Shown here: one piece after another, positions 36,298 through 49,310 of the stretch | Numbering within the stretch: position 1 is the first letter of the stretch | Layout: every line of letters begins with the position of its first letter | Assembly: GCA_012522015.1 (NCBI GenBank) | Contig: JAAYLD010000026.1 | Location: 6,694 to 70,693, forward strand | Source: Clostridiales bacterium | GTDB lineage: Bacteria; Bacillota; Clostridia; Oscillospirales; CAG-272 | DNA: 64,000 nucleotides | Direction of reading: 5' to 3' | Notes under the pieces: model-generated | What the model was told of the DNA's origin: nothing | What the model saw: only the letters and a program-made list of their open reading frames with translations | The model's database searches: none | Position numbers and translations under genes: made by a program

Positions 36298-36357
36298 CAT
36301 TTCATTGTAAATTTATTGTTTTTTATAGGCCTTTTAGCTTGTTTTATATAAAGGAGA

Positions 36358-37815
36358 TTGAGAGTGCCGATGTCAGCGGAAAAGAAAATGGTTGAATCTA
36401 TCACCCCGATGGATGTGGATTTTGCACAGTGGTATACAGACGTGTGCAAAAAAGCAGATCTCATTGATTATTCAAGTGTTCGCGGGTGTATGATAATCCG
36501 CCCATACGGCTATGCTATTTGGGAAAATATACAGAAAAACCTTGATGCACGCTTTAAGGCGACAGGACACGAAAATGTTTATATGCCGCTTTTCATCCCT
36601 GAATCGCTTCTCAACAAGGAAAAGGAGCATGTCAAGGGATTTGCGCCAGAGGTTGCGTGGATCACGCACGGCGGCGACGAAGAGCTGACGGAACGCCTTT
36701 GCGTCCGCCCGACGTCAGAAACGCTTTTCTGCGAGCATTATGCAAATATTATAAAAAGCTATCGCGACCTTCCGAAGCTGTATAACCAGTGGTGCAGCGT
36801 CGTCAGATGGGAGAAAACTACTCGCCCGTTTTTGCGCTCCCGCGAGTTCCTCTGGCAGGAAGGGCATACAATGCACGCAACAGCGGAAGATGCCATCGAG
36901 GAAACATTGCGGATGCTGGATATATACGCTGATTTTCACGAGAGTGATCTTGCGATACCCGTTATAAAGGGCAGAAAGACCGAGAGCGACAAGTTTGCAG
37001 GCGCTGTCGCGACATACGCGATTGAAGCATTAATGCACGACGGGAAATCGCTTCAAGCCGGAACATCCCATTATTTTGGGGACGGCTTTGCACGTGCATT
37101 TGGAATTCAATACACAGACCGTGAAAACAAGCTTGTTTATCCGCACCAGACGTCGTGGGGCGTCTCGACACGTATGATTGGCGGCATAATTATGACGCAT
37201 GGCGACAACGACGGACTTGTACTGCCGCCGTCAATAGCGCCGATACAAATAGTCGTAATACCCGTCGCACAGCACAAGGAAGGCGTCCTTGATGCCGCCC
37301 GCTCGCTTGCCACAAAGCTCAGTGAACACTTCCGCGTGAAGCTTGACGATTCGGGCTACACGCCCGGATGGAAATTTGCCGAATACGAAATGAAGGGTGT
37401 GCCGCTTCGCATAGAAATTGGTCCACGCGATATTGAAGCGGGACAGTTTGTTGCAGTAACGCGTCACAACAGAGAGAAGATAGTAGCGCCGATAACCGAA
37501 GCCGTAAGCGTTGCCGCCGAGAGGCTGAAGGCAGTTCGCGCCGGTCTTTACGAAAAGGCGCTTGCCAACCGAGTCGCACACACGTATACATGTACTACGA
37601 TAGAGGAGATAAAAACGGCGCTGCGTGAGCATGGTGACGGGTTTGTCCGCCTGATGTGGTGCAGCGATGAAGCTTGCGAGGATTCGATAAAGGAACAGAC
37701 AGGTGTGTGTGCGCGCTGTATACCGCCCGAGGAGGATCAGGAGAAGATTTCCGACGTGTGCATTTGCTGTGGTAAACCTGCTAAATATATGGTTTACTTT
37801 GCAAAAGCGTATTAA
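36358..37815 (+). CDS. proS: proline--tRNA ligase (archaeal/eukaryote-like short type)
   Basis: About 480 aa of a class II aaRS: [26 protein letters not shown], and a C-terminal zinc-type CxxC...CxxC. There is no editing-domain insertion. Confidence 0.95.
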   Translation: MRVPMSAEKKMVESITPMDVDFAQWYTDVCKKADLIDYSSVRGCMIIRPYGYAIWENIQKNLDARFKATGHENVYMPLFIPESLLNKEKEHVKGFAPEVAWITHGGDEELTERLCVRPTSETLFCEHYANIIKSYRDLPKLYNQWCSVVRWEKTTRPFLRSREFLWQEGHTMHATAEDAIEETLRMLDIYADFHESDLAIPVIKGRKTESDKFAGAVATYAIEALMHDGKSLQAGTSHYFGDGFARAFGIQYTDRENKLVYPHQTSWGVSTRMIGGIIMTHGDNDGLVLPPSIAPIQIVVIPVAQHKEGVLDAARSLATKLSEHFRVKLDDSGYTPGWKFAEYEMKGVPLRIEIGPRDIEAGQFVAVTRHNREKIVAPITEAVSVAAERLKAVRAGLYEKALANRVAHTYTCTTIEEIKTALREHGDGFVRLMWCSDEACEDSIKEQTGVCARCIPPEEDQEKISDVCICCGKPAKYMVYFAKAY

Positions 37816-37877
37816 TAGCCCACTCGAAACAAAAGTTTATAATATTAAACTTCGGTGTTTGTATAAAATAAAGCAAA

Positions 37878-39002
37878 ATGAAAGTATTTTCGACATCTAT
37901 AAAAGAAAAGCTAAAAAGGCTTGACTTTGTTATAATCGGTTGCGCCGTCGGTATGACGGCGCTATCGGTTTTGACGCTTTATGGTGCAAAGGATAATTAT
38001 GCCTATGGGCAGAGGATGTTCATTATACAGACGTGCTCGGCACTTCTTGGACTTGTTTGTATGGTGATTATATCGCTTATCGACTATGATGCGCTGATAA
38101 CAAAGTTTTGGATTCCTTTAATTGGTCTTTCCGTTGCACTGATTGGCGCCGTCCTTCTCTTTGGGGACAAAACGGAAAACCAGACGCTTTACATATCAAT
38201 AGGACCGCTGCACCTACAGGCGTCAGAATTTGTAAAATCACTTTTCATTTTGTCATTCGCAAAACACCTTGATTTATTAAAACACAAGATAAACAGTCCT
38301 CGCAGTCTTATTATGCTTGCCACGCACGCTGGTCTCATTATTGGCATGATGCTTATTACGGGCGACCTCGGCACAACTCTTGTATTTGTGGCTATAACGG
38401 CTTTTATGCTTTTTGCAGCAGGGCTTTCACTTTGGTATTATATAGGCATTATTGGCGCTTTAGTAATAGCGACACCATACATTTGGCCTCATCTCGGTGA
38501 ATATCAGCAAATGCGGATACTCTGCGGGTTTGACCCTGAGATTGATCCGATGCACTATGGTTATCAGTCACTTCGCAGCCGCGAAGCCATATCAGCCGGC
38601 GGATTCTGGGGTGCTGGGATCATGGGCGGGACGGAATATTTGAATATCCCCGTTGCAACGACAGATTTTTTATTTTCTGTTATGTGCGAGAAGTTAGGCT
38701 TCTTCGGTGCGCTTTTATACATAGTTCTTATGTGCACGCTGATATTCCGCATAATACATATAGCTCGCCTTGCACGCAAGGACACAGGGACATTTATATG
38801 TATTGGTGTTGCGGCGATTTTAATTACACAGACTACGGAAAATATGGGGATGTGCCTTGCCATGCTTCCTGTAATCGGAATAACGATGCCCTTTATAAGC
38901 TATGGCGGATCCTCAATGCTTGCTATGTACTGCGCACTTGGTCTGGTACAAAGTGTCCGTTTACATAATCAAAAATATTTCTTTGAACGAGAAAATGCTT
39001 AA
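37878..39002 (+). CDS. FtsW/RodA/SpoVE-family peptidoglycan glycosyltransferase (SEDS)
   Basis: 374 aa, about 10 TM, with QPSE-like ASEFVK, DLGT, TDFLFSV and GITMPFISYGGSS. Confidence 0.9.
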   Translation: MKVFSTSIKEKLKRLDFVIIGCAVGMTALSVLTLYGAKDNYAYGQRMFIIQTCSALLGLVCMVIISLIDYDALITKFWIPLIGLSVALIGAVLLFGDKTENQTLYISIGPLHLQASEFVKSLFILSFAKHLDLLKHKINSPRSLIMLATHAGLIIGMMLITGDLGTTLVFVAITAFMLFAAGLSLWYYIGIIGALVIATPYIWPHLGEYQQMRILCGFDPEIDPMHYGYQSLRSREAISAGGFWGAGIMGGTEYLNIPVATTDFLFSVMCEKLGFFGALLYIVLMCTLIFRIIHIARLARKDTGTFICIGVAAILITQTTENMGMCLAMLPVIGITMPFISYGGSSMLAMYCALGLVQSVRLHNQKYFFERENA

Positions 39003-39038
39003 CGATAAGAGAGCTTATTAGCAGTTATCATAAAAACG

Positions 39039-39070
39039 AAAAAACCGCGGCTATCAGCCGCGGTTTTTTT
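39039..39070. terminator. bidirectional intrinsic terminator
   Basis: A6-CCGCGGC-tatca-GCCGCGG-T7, between the convergent SEDS gene and spoIIIAH. Confidence 0.85.
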
Positions 39071-39081
39071 ACGCAATTGTT

Positions 39082-39723
39082 TTAATCTTTTTCGATGATA
39101 TTCATATTAACAGGCAAAATTCCCGCTTTCTTATATATAATTTCGGTAATCTGTGCCACTTCGCTTGGCAAAAGATTTTTTGCTTTTACGATGACTGTTA
39201 TTTCACCTCCGCTGATTACGGCAACGCAGTCCTCAAACCCCTTTGCTTTAATGAGTGCTTCGATATTTGCTTCTGCCTCGATGTCCTTCGCTATCTGTGC
39301 TATGTCTTCTTGTGCCTGTATACGAATCTCGTCAACAGCAGTTTCACTGCGCATAACGGTGTTTAACACCTCAATTGCCTCATCACGGGCGCGATTGCGA
39401 CTCAACATAGCGTTTACAAAATAATCACTGCTATTGTCTTCATCATCTGTGTCGCCGAAGGCATTTTGCGCCTCGTCATCAGTTCTGGCTTCTCCTCCAT
39501 TTGCCAGGATGTCTGAATAATAATCGGAGTCAATTGTGTATATGCCGTTGGCCTTTTTATCATTATTTATTATAGCTGGGATAATGAAGTTTAGCCCAAT
39601 AGCGACACCGCAAAGAAGCACAGCGCATATAATTATTAAATTCTTTGCTCCGATTTTTTTCATCGCGAGCGCGCATTTTTCCTTAATTTTATCGAACTTT
39701 TCACGAATAACCTCTTTTTTCAT
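39082..39723 (-). CDS. spoIIIAH: stage III sporulation protein AH
   Basis: It is the last gene of the spoIIIA run. N-terminal TM, acidic linker, and a C-terminal YscJ-like domain (VAVISGGEITVIVKA...). Confidence 0.8.
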   Translation of the reverse strand: MKKEVIREKFDKIKEKCALAMKKIGAKNLIIICAVLLCGVAIGLNFIIPAIINNDKKANGIYTIDSDYYSDILANGGEARTDDEAQNAFGDTDDEDNSSDYFVNAMLSRNRARDEAIEVLNTVMRSETAVDEIRIQAQEDIAQIAKDIEAEANIEALIKAKGFEDCVAVISGGEITVIVKAKNLLPSEVAQITEIIYKKAGILPVNMNIIEKD

Positions 39724-39792
39724 GTGAATCCCCCGCGTATGTATTGATTTTATTTTATTTATATGAGCATCCTCTCCTGTGTATTCCTATCT

Positions 39793-40290
39793 TTATCTTC
39801 CGGTTCCGGCAATGGATATTTTATTTGTCGGCAAATTAAACGCAGAGGAAAGAAGCTCAGTAAGCGTCGCTTTAATCTTTGCCGAATCACCGCCATCGCA
39901 AACGATTGCTATACCGCGGACAGATGCGTATATTTCCTTTATTAAAACAGGTTCTTCACCGTCTTTACCGTTGATGACAAGATAATCGTAAACAGACGCT
40001 CCCGATGAGTTTTCAGCATAGACATATTCATTGCTGCTCTCAAGCGTTAAGAGAACGCTTACATTTGATACACCTGCAACCTTATCGCAAATGTCCCTCA
40101 CGCGTCGCTCAAGCTCCTCCGTATAAGCGGTATAAACCGTAGCTGAAATATTGCCTTTATTTTTATCACTGCTGCCCCTTATAAAAATCAAATCAGCGGC
40201 AAGCAGAAGGATACCTGCTGCCACAAGGAAAACTATGAGCTTTTTGCTTTTCACAGCGCGCCAGACACCGGTGAGCTTGCCTTCTTCCAT
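39793..40290 (-). CDS. spoIIIAG: stage III sporulation protein AG
   Basis: N-terminal TM, then ELERRVRDICDKVAGVSNVSVLLTL...VRGIAIVCDGG, as is typical of SpoIIIAG. Confidence 0.8.
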   Translation of the reverse strand: MEEGKLTGVWRAVKSKKLIVFLVAAGILLLAADLIFIRGSSDKNKGNISATVYTAYTEELERRVRDICDKVAGVSNVSVLLTLESSNEYVYAENSSGASVYDYLVINGKDGEEPVLIKEIYASVRGIAIVCDGGDSAKIKATLTELLSSAFNLPTNKISIAGTGR

Positions 40291-40336
40291 TATGCGTATT
40301 CATCCTCCGTATACGTTATGTTTGCATACAAAAAAA

Positions 40337-40834
40337 TTAGTCATAACCGATTGTTACAGGGCAGGCGAAGAGGTCACCTATATAGTCAGCGGCATCCTCA
40401 GCATCAATCCACGAGCTGTATCCGGTGAGCGTTACGTAAATATGCGTGACAATGATATTTGAATAGTCGGATGCGTCATATTCAAGCTCGACCGAAACGT
40501 CGCCTATCCTTACATCATACCGTGTCGCAAGCACAGAAATTACAGTTTCTTTCATTTTATCGACGGCAGCTGCGACTATCGCTTCTCTATAATCAGTTGT
40601 ATCTTCATTTGTTGTTTCAGATGGCGTAAAAAGTGTATCGGAGCCATCACCAGGTGCATTATGTGATGCTTTGTTGCCGATAAGTAAGGAAAGCGGCGCG
40701 ATTATGACAAGTAATGTCATAAGAGCGGCGACAAATTTAATATAGCGGCCGATGCCTTTGCCTTCCGGAGCTATTGCGCAGGCGATTGATGCGACAAGAG
40801 AGACAGTTATTACCGAGTTGATGTAATTACTCAT
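40337..40834 (-). CDS. spoIIIAF: stage III sporulation protein AF
   Basis: Two N-terminal TM segments (VITVSLVASIACAI and FVAALMTLLVIIAPL), plus its position in the operon. Confidence 0.75.
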   Translation of the reverse strand: MSNYINSVITVSLVASIACAIAPEGKGIGRYIKFVAALMTLLVIIAPLSLLIGNKASHNAPGDGSDTLFTPSETTNEDTTDYREAIVAAAVDKMKETVISVLATRYDVRIGDVSVELEYDASDYSNIIVTHIYVTLTGYSSWIDAEDAADYIGDLFACPVTIGYD

Positions 40835-40837
40835 TTT

Positions 40838-42016
40838 TTATACCGATAGTGCAGGATTTATCTTTAAAAACACGGACAAACCTATGATAAATATAGTTGT
40901 TGACAAAGCGACAACGGCAAGGATGAAGCCGGAGACGTTTTTAAGCTCCGCCATTAAGGTGGCAATGCGGTCGCAGCCCAAAATTTTCGCAGCGGCTGAG
41001 CATATGCCAAGGATAGCTCCGTTTAAAAATAAGTTTATAAGTACCGGCGATACGATGAGAATAATAACAACAATACCGACAGCGCCGACGCTGCTCTTTA
41101 TCAGCGAAAGTCCTGCTGCTGTGCCTTTGATAGCATCGCCAAGTGCGCCCCCGACGACAGGAATTGAGCTTCCGATGGCATATTTAATTGAGCGTGCGGC
41201 AACGCCATCGGCTGCAGCGGTAAGGGTCGTCTGGTAAGTCATCACGGCAGTAAAGAGAGCGGCGGCAAACCCTGCTGTAACGGTGAAAGTCTTTTTAACA
41301 ATACCGCATATTCCGTCGGTATGACCATTTTCTGAGATAGCGGCAATGATAGCAAGTCCGAAACACGCACGACAAAGCGGTAAAAAGCAGTATTCCGTAA
41401 AATTTGCTAAAATTGTTGTGAATTCAAGAAGTCCTGCCCCTGTGACCGACGCCGTAAGAGTGTTACCGGAGGATATAAGAAGTGCAGTTAGAATAGGAAT
41501 GATTGCATTTGAAAAGACAGTCATCGAACCGATGACAAGAGCAGCGCCGTTGATAATGCCGACTTGCGTATTTATGACGTGACAAGCGACAGCGAGCGTC
41601 GCGCAAAGAGTAAACATACGTCCGATAGCAGCACAGCTAAGCCCGTCCGCAAGAAGCCCGAACGATGCGGCGAGCGCTGTCATGCCAAGAAGCGATGCAA
41701 GGTTTCCTGCCGCGGGCAAAAGAGAGCGTTTTATAAAGCTCCAGAGCTTGCCAAATATATATTTAACCCCGATTTTTTCAGGGAGCGACGAAGAGGTATC
41801 TTCTCCATCAAATATCCCCTCGGGAAGCTCTGACAGCACGTCCTCCGGAATGAACTTGCGAAGCTCGGAGAACGAATCATTTACATCACTTGTGGCGTTT
41901 GACATCGCTTGTGTTGAGCCGTCACTGCTTTTATGTGTATCAACAGCGCTTATGTGAGATGAGAGCAAAAGTAGTGCCGATATAAAAGCGGCGATCGCCG
42001 CTCCCCAGCGCCTCAT
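40838..42016 (-). CDS. spoIIIAE: stage III sporulation protein AE
   Basis: 392 aa with a signal-like N-terminus, polytopic and Gly/Ala-rich, plus its position in the operon. Confidence 0.9.
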   Translation of the reverse strand: MRRWGAAIAAFISALLLLSSHISAVDTHKSSDGSTQAMSNATSDVNDSFSELRKFIPEDVLSELPEGIFDGEDTSSSLPEKIGVKYIFGKLWSFIKRSLLPAAGNLASLLGMTALAASFGLLADGLSCAAIGRMFTLCATLAVACHVINTQVGIINGAALVIGSMTVFSNAIIPILTALLISSGNTLTASVTGAGLLEFTTILANFTEYCFLPLCRACFGLAIIAAISENGHTDGICGIVKKTFTVTAGFAAALFTAVMTYQTTLTAAADGVAARSIKYAIGSSIPVVGGALGDAIKGTAAGLSLIKSSVGAVGIVVIILIVSPVLINLFLNGAILGICSAAAKILGCDRIATLMAELKNVSGFILAVVALSTTIFIIGLSVFLKINPALSV

Positions 42017-42390
42017 ATAAGCCCCGCGACACCTGATAACAGCTCGGTGATAAGCGGGAGAGAAATCAAAAGTATTTCAGCTCGCCCCAAAAGTTCAATG
42101 CCGCTTGCAGCCGTATCAGCGCCTGCCCCTCGGCAGGCATCAGCAGTGATGACAGTGCAATAACCAATGCCGATTGCTTTAAGAAGAACAGCGGCGTAAG
42201 ATTCAAAGGCTGTCCCCTCTGCTGCCGAAATAAGGAACGAAACCGACGGATAAATCGAAGCAATCGCAGCTGCGGCAGCCATTATAGCAACGGCGGCTGA
42301 AAGCAGAGCCGACATACCCTTCATTTCGCGGAGTATCGGTACGGCGGCGGCACAGAGCAGAGCAGCACCGCATATTTTAAGCGTCGTCAC
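42013..42390 (-). CDS. spoIIIAD: stage III sporulation protein AD
   Basis: 125 aa, 4 TM, with 4-nt overlaps to both neighbours. Confidence 0.85.
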   Translation of the reverse strand: MTTLKICGAALLCAAAVPILREMKGMSALLSAAVAIMAAAAAIASIYPSVSFLISAAEGTAFESYAAVLLKAIGIGYCTVITADACRGAGADTAASGIELLGRAEILLISLPLITELLSGVAGLI

Positions 42391-42581
42391 AGTCCAAACA
42401 CATCCTTTATCATTTCAAAAAGCTGTCCGAGTTTGCCCGTGATCATAAGTAAAACAACAATTATTCCCGCAACGGAAACAAGCATCGACTGTTCGTCCCT
42501 GCCGGAATTCGAAAGCACCTGACACGAAGCAGCGACAATAATTCCGACGCCAGCAATTTTTAATATAAGTCCAACATCCAC
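42387..42581 (-). CDS. spoIIIAC: stage III sporulation protein AC
   Basis: 64 aa, 2 TM, with the conserved SGRDEQSMLVSVAGIIVVL. Confidence 0.85.
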   Translation of the reverse strand: MDVGLILKIAGVGIIVAASCQVLSNSGRDEQSMLVSVAGIIVVLLMITGKLGQLFEMIKDVFGL

Positions 42582-42599
42582 TTCTAAACACCGCGTTTC

Positions 42600-43091
42600 T
42601 TAAAGAAGTATTATTATAACAGTAAGAATTATAAAAAGGCATATTGTCCGCTCAAGCCGACGACGTTCGGGGAGTGTTTTTTCAAGCACCTCTATTCTTT
42701 CTTTTAATCGTGATGAGGTGATAGAGCATAGCTCAAGCTGAGATTTTTCATATCCGCGGCCAAGTTCCGCCGCAAACTCTTCCATTATCGACAGTGTGCC
42801 CAAGTCAAAAAGCTCACCACCGCACGACGCAAGTGCCGAGGTAAGGGAAGTAATAGCAGCACGCCTGCACAAATTTTGAAATAACTCGTCGGATGTACGG
42901 AAGCCCATTAGTATCTCCGGCACGGTGGCACGTCTGTATTCAATTGATTCAGCTGTGTACCGAACAAGTCTGAGTGCCTCTTTTGCGCGTGCGAGTTTTT
43001 GTGTGCCGTCGCTTGCGCTTTGCGATAGAAGAATGGCTCCGCCAATCAGTAAAAGAACAGCTCCTGCGGCTTTGTAAATATATACGTTCAT
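42600..43091 (-). CDS. spoIIIAB: stage III sporulation protein AB
   Basis: 163 aa with N- and C-terminal TM segments around a helical GspF-like core, plus its position in the operon. Confidence 0.8.
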   Translation of the reverse strand: MNVYIYKAAGAVLLLIGGAILLSQSASDGTQKLARAKEALRLVRYTAESIEYRRATVPEILMGFRTSDELFQNLCRRAAITSLTSALASCGGELFDLGTLSIMEEFAAELGRGYEKSQLELCSITSSRLKERIEVLEKTLPERRRLERTICLFIILTVIIILL

Positions 43092-44035
43092 TGTGCAGCC
43101 TTTAGAAGTTCATGCTGCCTTGTTACCGTGAAGTCAAATTCACGGCTGCCGGGCGCACGTTTTATGCCAACGATAAGCGAAAATACAGATGACCGAATCA
43201 AATCCCGAAGCTCCGGGCGCAACATCAGCTCGTCCACGGAGCCTCCGTGAGCCGATGCAATGGTATAGACGCCGCAGGAACGGGCGTAAAGCACAGCTTC
43301 AGCGTCAGCGCGCCCGCCAAGCTCATCGCATACGATATAAAGTGGCGACATTGAACGGACGGCGGAAACCATGCCCTCCGCTTTCGGGTAACCGCGGAAA
43401 AAATCGGCTCCGCAGTCATATGCCCCGCAAGCGGCAAGCTCGCCGCGGCTGTCAATAACGGAGATGGGGAGTCCTGCGCCGGCAAGCTTAATTATCAGGT
43501 CGCGCAGGAGTGTTGTTTTCCCCGTGCCGGGCGGAGAATAAATAAGCACGCTGTCCCGGTAACCGCCATCGCGGAGCATATCCCATACAATGCCGGAAGC
43601 ACCCGGTATTGCGCGAGGCACACGTATGCATACGGAATCGATATCGTGTACTTCTGATATGGCTCCGTTTTTTACAGAGGCACGTCCGCAAACACCGCAG
43701 CGAAAACCGTCTGATAGGTCTATGTACCCTTCGCGAAGTGTGTCCGCGCAAGCATAAACGGATCCGTTACATAGTAAAAAAACAAGGTTAGCGAACAGTT
43801 TGTCCGTCATAATACCACGAAAATCAATTGTTATTCGGTCGGCAAATCCTCCCCCGCATGAAACTGAAAGGTATGATGTGCCGCGGCGCTTCAGACGAAT
43901 ATCTGTTACATTTTGTGCAAGTTGCGGTGCGCGGCGTATAGTATCGGTGATGGCTAAGCGAACAGCATCGGGGAAAAGCTGTAAAGCCGGATTTAAATAA
44001 TCCGGAATCCGATTTGTTGTCTGCTTGTCTTTCAT
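43088..44035 (-). CDS. spoIIIAA: stage III sporulation protein AA (AAA+ secretion-type ATPase)
   Basis: Walker A SPPGTGKTTLLRDL and Walker B YIVCDELG. The track start (GTG at 44101) lies inside an upstream terminator hairpin, so I prefer the ATG at 44035 (alternative ATG at 44089). Confidence 0.88.
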   Translation of the reverse strand: MKDKQTTNRIPDYLNPALQLFPDAVRLAITDTIRRAPQLAQNVTDIRLKRRGTSYLSVSCGGGFADRITIDFRGIMTDKLFANLVFLLCNGSVYACADTLREGYIDLSDGFRCGVCGRASVKNGAISEVHDIDSVCIRVPRAIPGASGIVWDMLRDGGYRDSVLIYSPPGTGKTTLLRDLIIKLAGAGLPISVIDSRGELAACGAYDCGADFFRGYPKAEGMVSAVRSMSPLYIVCDELGGRADAEAVLYARSCGVYTIASAHGGSVDELMLRPELRDLIRSSVFSLIVGIKRAPGSREFDFTVTRQHELLKAAQ

Positions 44036-44093
44036 GGTATATGTATACGGTGGAGGGCGAGAGGATATGACGGGCACGCTATCTGACATGCAA

Positions 44094-44131
44094 AAAGACA
44101 CCCTACTTCATCTGAAGTAGAGCGTCTTTTT
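44094..44131. terminator. intrinsic terminator downstream of ttcA
   Basis: AAAGAC-accc-TACTTCA-tc-TGAAGTA-gagc-GTCTTT, with T-runs on both strands. Confidence 0.6.
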
Positions 44132-44222
44132 GCGCCTTACTTTAAATAATCAAACGTCAATCTTATTTTACCCAACATCCTGCAAGGCGCTTTAGCTATT
44201 TTCATAAATAGTATATGAGCTG

Positions 44223-44996
44223 TCAATCATCCAGCTCATCAACGTAGGTACGTTCTGGGCGGCGTTTCCCGCGTCGATTCTCATGGTACCCGTCAATCTG
44301 TGCGCGTTCAATCGCCCTAAAAATAGACTGGCGTATTCCGAGATAGCGGTGCCCGAGCTCAGAGAGTAGCTTTTTTATCTCCGTGCGCTCGGTCCCTCCG
44401 TCGGCTGTGCAGGGAGATTTCATTACCGGTATTCCGGCCTTTTTTGCGTAAGAGGCTATTTCATATTCCTGCGCGTATATAAACGGCCTTATGACGGTTA
44501 TATCCTTGCGTGAAAGGTATGTTACGGGCTGAAATGTAGAAAATCGTCCGCCGTAGATGAGATTAAGCATGAAAGTATCTACGACATCGTTATTATGGTG
44601 TCCGAGAGCAAGCTTGTTACAGCCAAGCCGTTTAGCTTCATCGTGGAGCGCTCCGCGTCTCATCTTTGCGCAGAGAGAACAGGGATTCGGTTCACGCCGC
44701 ACATCGAATACAATCTCTGCGATTTGTGTCTTAACGATGGAATAAGGCACATTAAGCGACTCACAAAAAGCTCCAATCTCCGAAAAATTGGTGTTCGGAA
44801 AACCCATATCAATAGTTATGGCATAAAGCTTAAACTGCTCGGGTAAGAAGTTGCGCAGTGCTGCAAGAGTTTTTAGAAGGACAAGCGAATCTTTGCCGCC
44901 AGATATGCCGACGGCAACAGAGTCACCGTCGGCGATCATTGAATAATCCTCAATAGCACGGCGCGCATAACCAAGAAGCTTTTGAAATTGGTTCAT
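44223..44996 (-). CDS. ttcA: PP-loop ATPase, tRNA 2-thiocytidine synthetase TtcA family
   Basis: SGGKDS PP-loop, CSLCAKMRRG, and the later CTADG cysteine motif. Confidence 0.8.
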   Translation of the reverse strand: MNQFQKLLGYARRAIEDYSMIADGDSVAVGISGGKDSLVLLKTLAALRNFLPEQFKLYAITIDMGFPNTNFSEIGAFCESLNVPYSIVKTQIAEIVFDVRREPNPCSLCAKMRRGALHDEAKRLGCNKLALGHHNNDVVDTFMLNLIYGGRFSTFQPVTYLSRKDITVIRPFIYAQEYEIASYAKKAGIPVMKSPCTADGGTERTEIKKLLSELGHRYLGIRQSIFRAIERAQIDGYHENRRGKRRPERTYVDELDD

Positions 44997-45065
44997 ATAT
45001 TAATCCTTTTTGTTATTAACGCATATCCTATATTAGCATAATTTTAGAAAGGGTGAATATTTTAG

Positions 45066-47741
<2,676 letters not shown>

Positions 47742-48000
47742 CTACCATCGGGGCATTTTCATGTCAACGTGCACCCACATATGCGCACGTATGCCTATTA
47801 ATAAAAAATATCTGCAGTATAATACAAAAAAATGATTTTTATGCGTTAAAATGTTAGTGTCATAGTGTTTTACTCTTCCTATAATCATCATATTGTGTTA
47901 TAATGTATCGATATCTCTTTTATTGTTATTGATGTATAATAACACAAGAATTTCAGCTTAAAAGAGCGGTATCAAAACAATATTTGAAAGGCTTAGTCGC

Positions 48001-49299
48001 ATGAATATGAAAGTGAAGACGAGGGCTGTGCGCCTTTATGGGAAAAATGACCTAAGACTTGAGGAGTTTGAGCTTCCAGAGACAAAGGATAATGAGATTC
48101 TTGCTAAAGTTGTCACAGACAGCATATGTATGTCTTCATATAAAGCGGCAAAGCAGGGGGCGGATCACAAACGAGTACCGGTTGATGTCGCCACAAACCC
48201 TGTTATTATTGGGCATGAGTTTTGCGGCGAAATAATTGAGGTTGGTGCGGCAGTGTCGGGCGAATTTAAACCTGGTGACAGGTTTACAATACAGCCCGCA
48301 CTTAATTATAAAGGCAGCTTGGCTGCGCCCGGCTATTCGTATCAATATATAGGCGGAGATGCGACATATATAATCATACCCCCCGAGGTAATGGAAACGG
48401 GGAACCTTCTCCCTTATTCGGGCGATGCGTTTTTCTATGGAAGCCTTGCGGAGCCAATGAGCTGTATTGTCGGAGCTTTTCACGCAAGCTACCATACGAA
48501 GGCCGGTTCATATGTCCATGAAATGGGCATCCGCGAGGGTGGTTCAATGGCGATTCTTGCAGGTGCCGGGCCTATGGGGCTTGGTGCCATAGATTACGCT
48601 GTTCACTGCGACAGAAAACCGTCACTGCTTGTCGTCACTGACATAGATGACGAGAGACTAAAGCGTGCGGCGTCGATTATAACGCCTGAAAATGCATCGG
48701 AAAACGGAGTAAAACTCGTTTATATCAACACAAAGACAACGCCGGACGCAGAAGCTTATATGCGCTCGCTTACGCCGGGCGGGGCAGGTTTCGACGATAT
48801 TTTCGTCTTTGCTCCTGTCCGCGATGTCGTCGAGAGTGCAGACAGGCTGCTTGCGCGTGACGGGTGCTTAAACTTTTTCGCAGGGCCAACGGATCCCGGG
48901 TTTTCGGCAGAGCTTAATTTTTATAATGTCCACTACTCGTCAACCCACGTCGTCGGCACAAGCGGCGGTAACACTGACGATATGCGCGAAGCTGTTGCCA
49001 TGATGGAATCGGGACGCATAAATCCTGCGGCGATGATTACGCATATAGGCGGGCTTTGCGCTGTTGTTGATACAACGCTGCGGCTTCCCGAAATACCGGG
49101 CGGTAAAAAGCTGATTTACACAGAAATAGACCTCCCTTTGACTGCAATAACCGATTTCAGGCGCTTATCCGAGGAGGGAGGGGAAAACGCCCATTTATTT
49201 GTGGCGCTTGCTGATATAGTTGAGAGAAATGGTGGCCTTTGGTGCGCGGAGGCGGAAAAATTCCTTCTTGCGCACGCAAAAAAAGAAAGGCAAAACTGA
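48001..49299 (+). CDS. zinc-binding medium-chain dehydrogenase/reductase (polyol / sugar-phosphate dehydrogenase-like)
   Basis: 432 aa with Zn-ligand region DSICMSS...GHEFCGEI and Rossmann motif LAGAGPMGLGA. Confidence 0.8.
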   Translation: MNMKVKTRAVRLYGKNDLRLEEFELPETKDNEILAKVVTDSICMSSYKAAKQGADHKRVPVDVATNPVIIGHEFCGEIIEVGAAVSGEFKPGDRFTIQPALNYKGSLAAPGYSYQYIGGDATYIIIPPEVMETGNLLPYSGDAFFYGSLAEPMSCIVGAFHASYHTKAGSYVHEMGIREGGSMAILAGAGPMGLGAIDYAVHCDRKPSLLVVTDIDDERLKRAASIITPENASENGVKLVYINTKTTPDAEAYMRSLTPGGAGFDDIFVFAPVRDVVESADRLLARDGCLNFFAGPTDPGFSAELNFYNVHYSSTHVVGTSGGNTDDMREAVAMMESGRINPAAMITHIGGLCAVVDTTLRLPEIPGGKKLIYTEIDLPLTAITDFRRLSEEGGENAHLFVALADIVERNGGLWCAEAEKFLLAHAKKERQN

Positions 49300-49310
49300 T
49301 AAAAAAGCAT

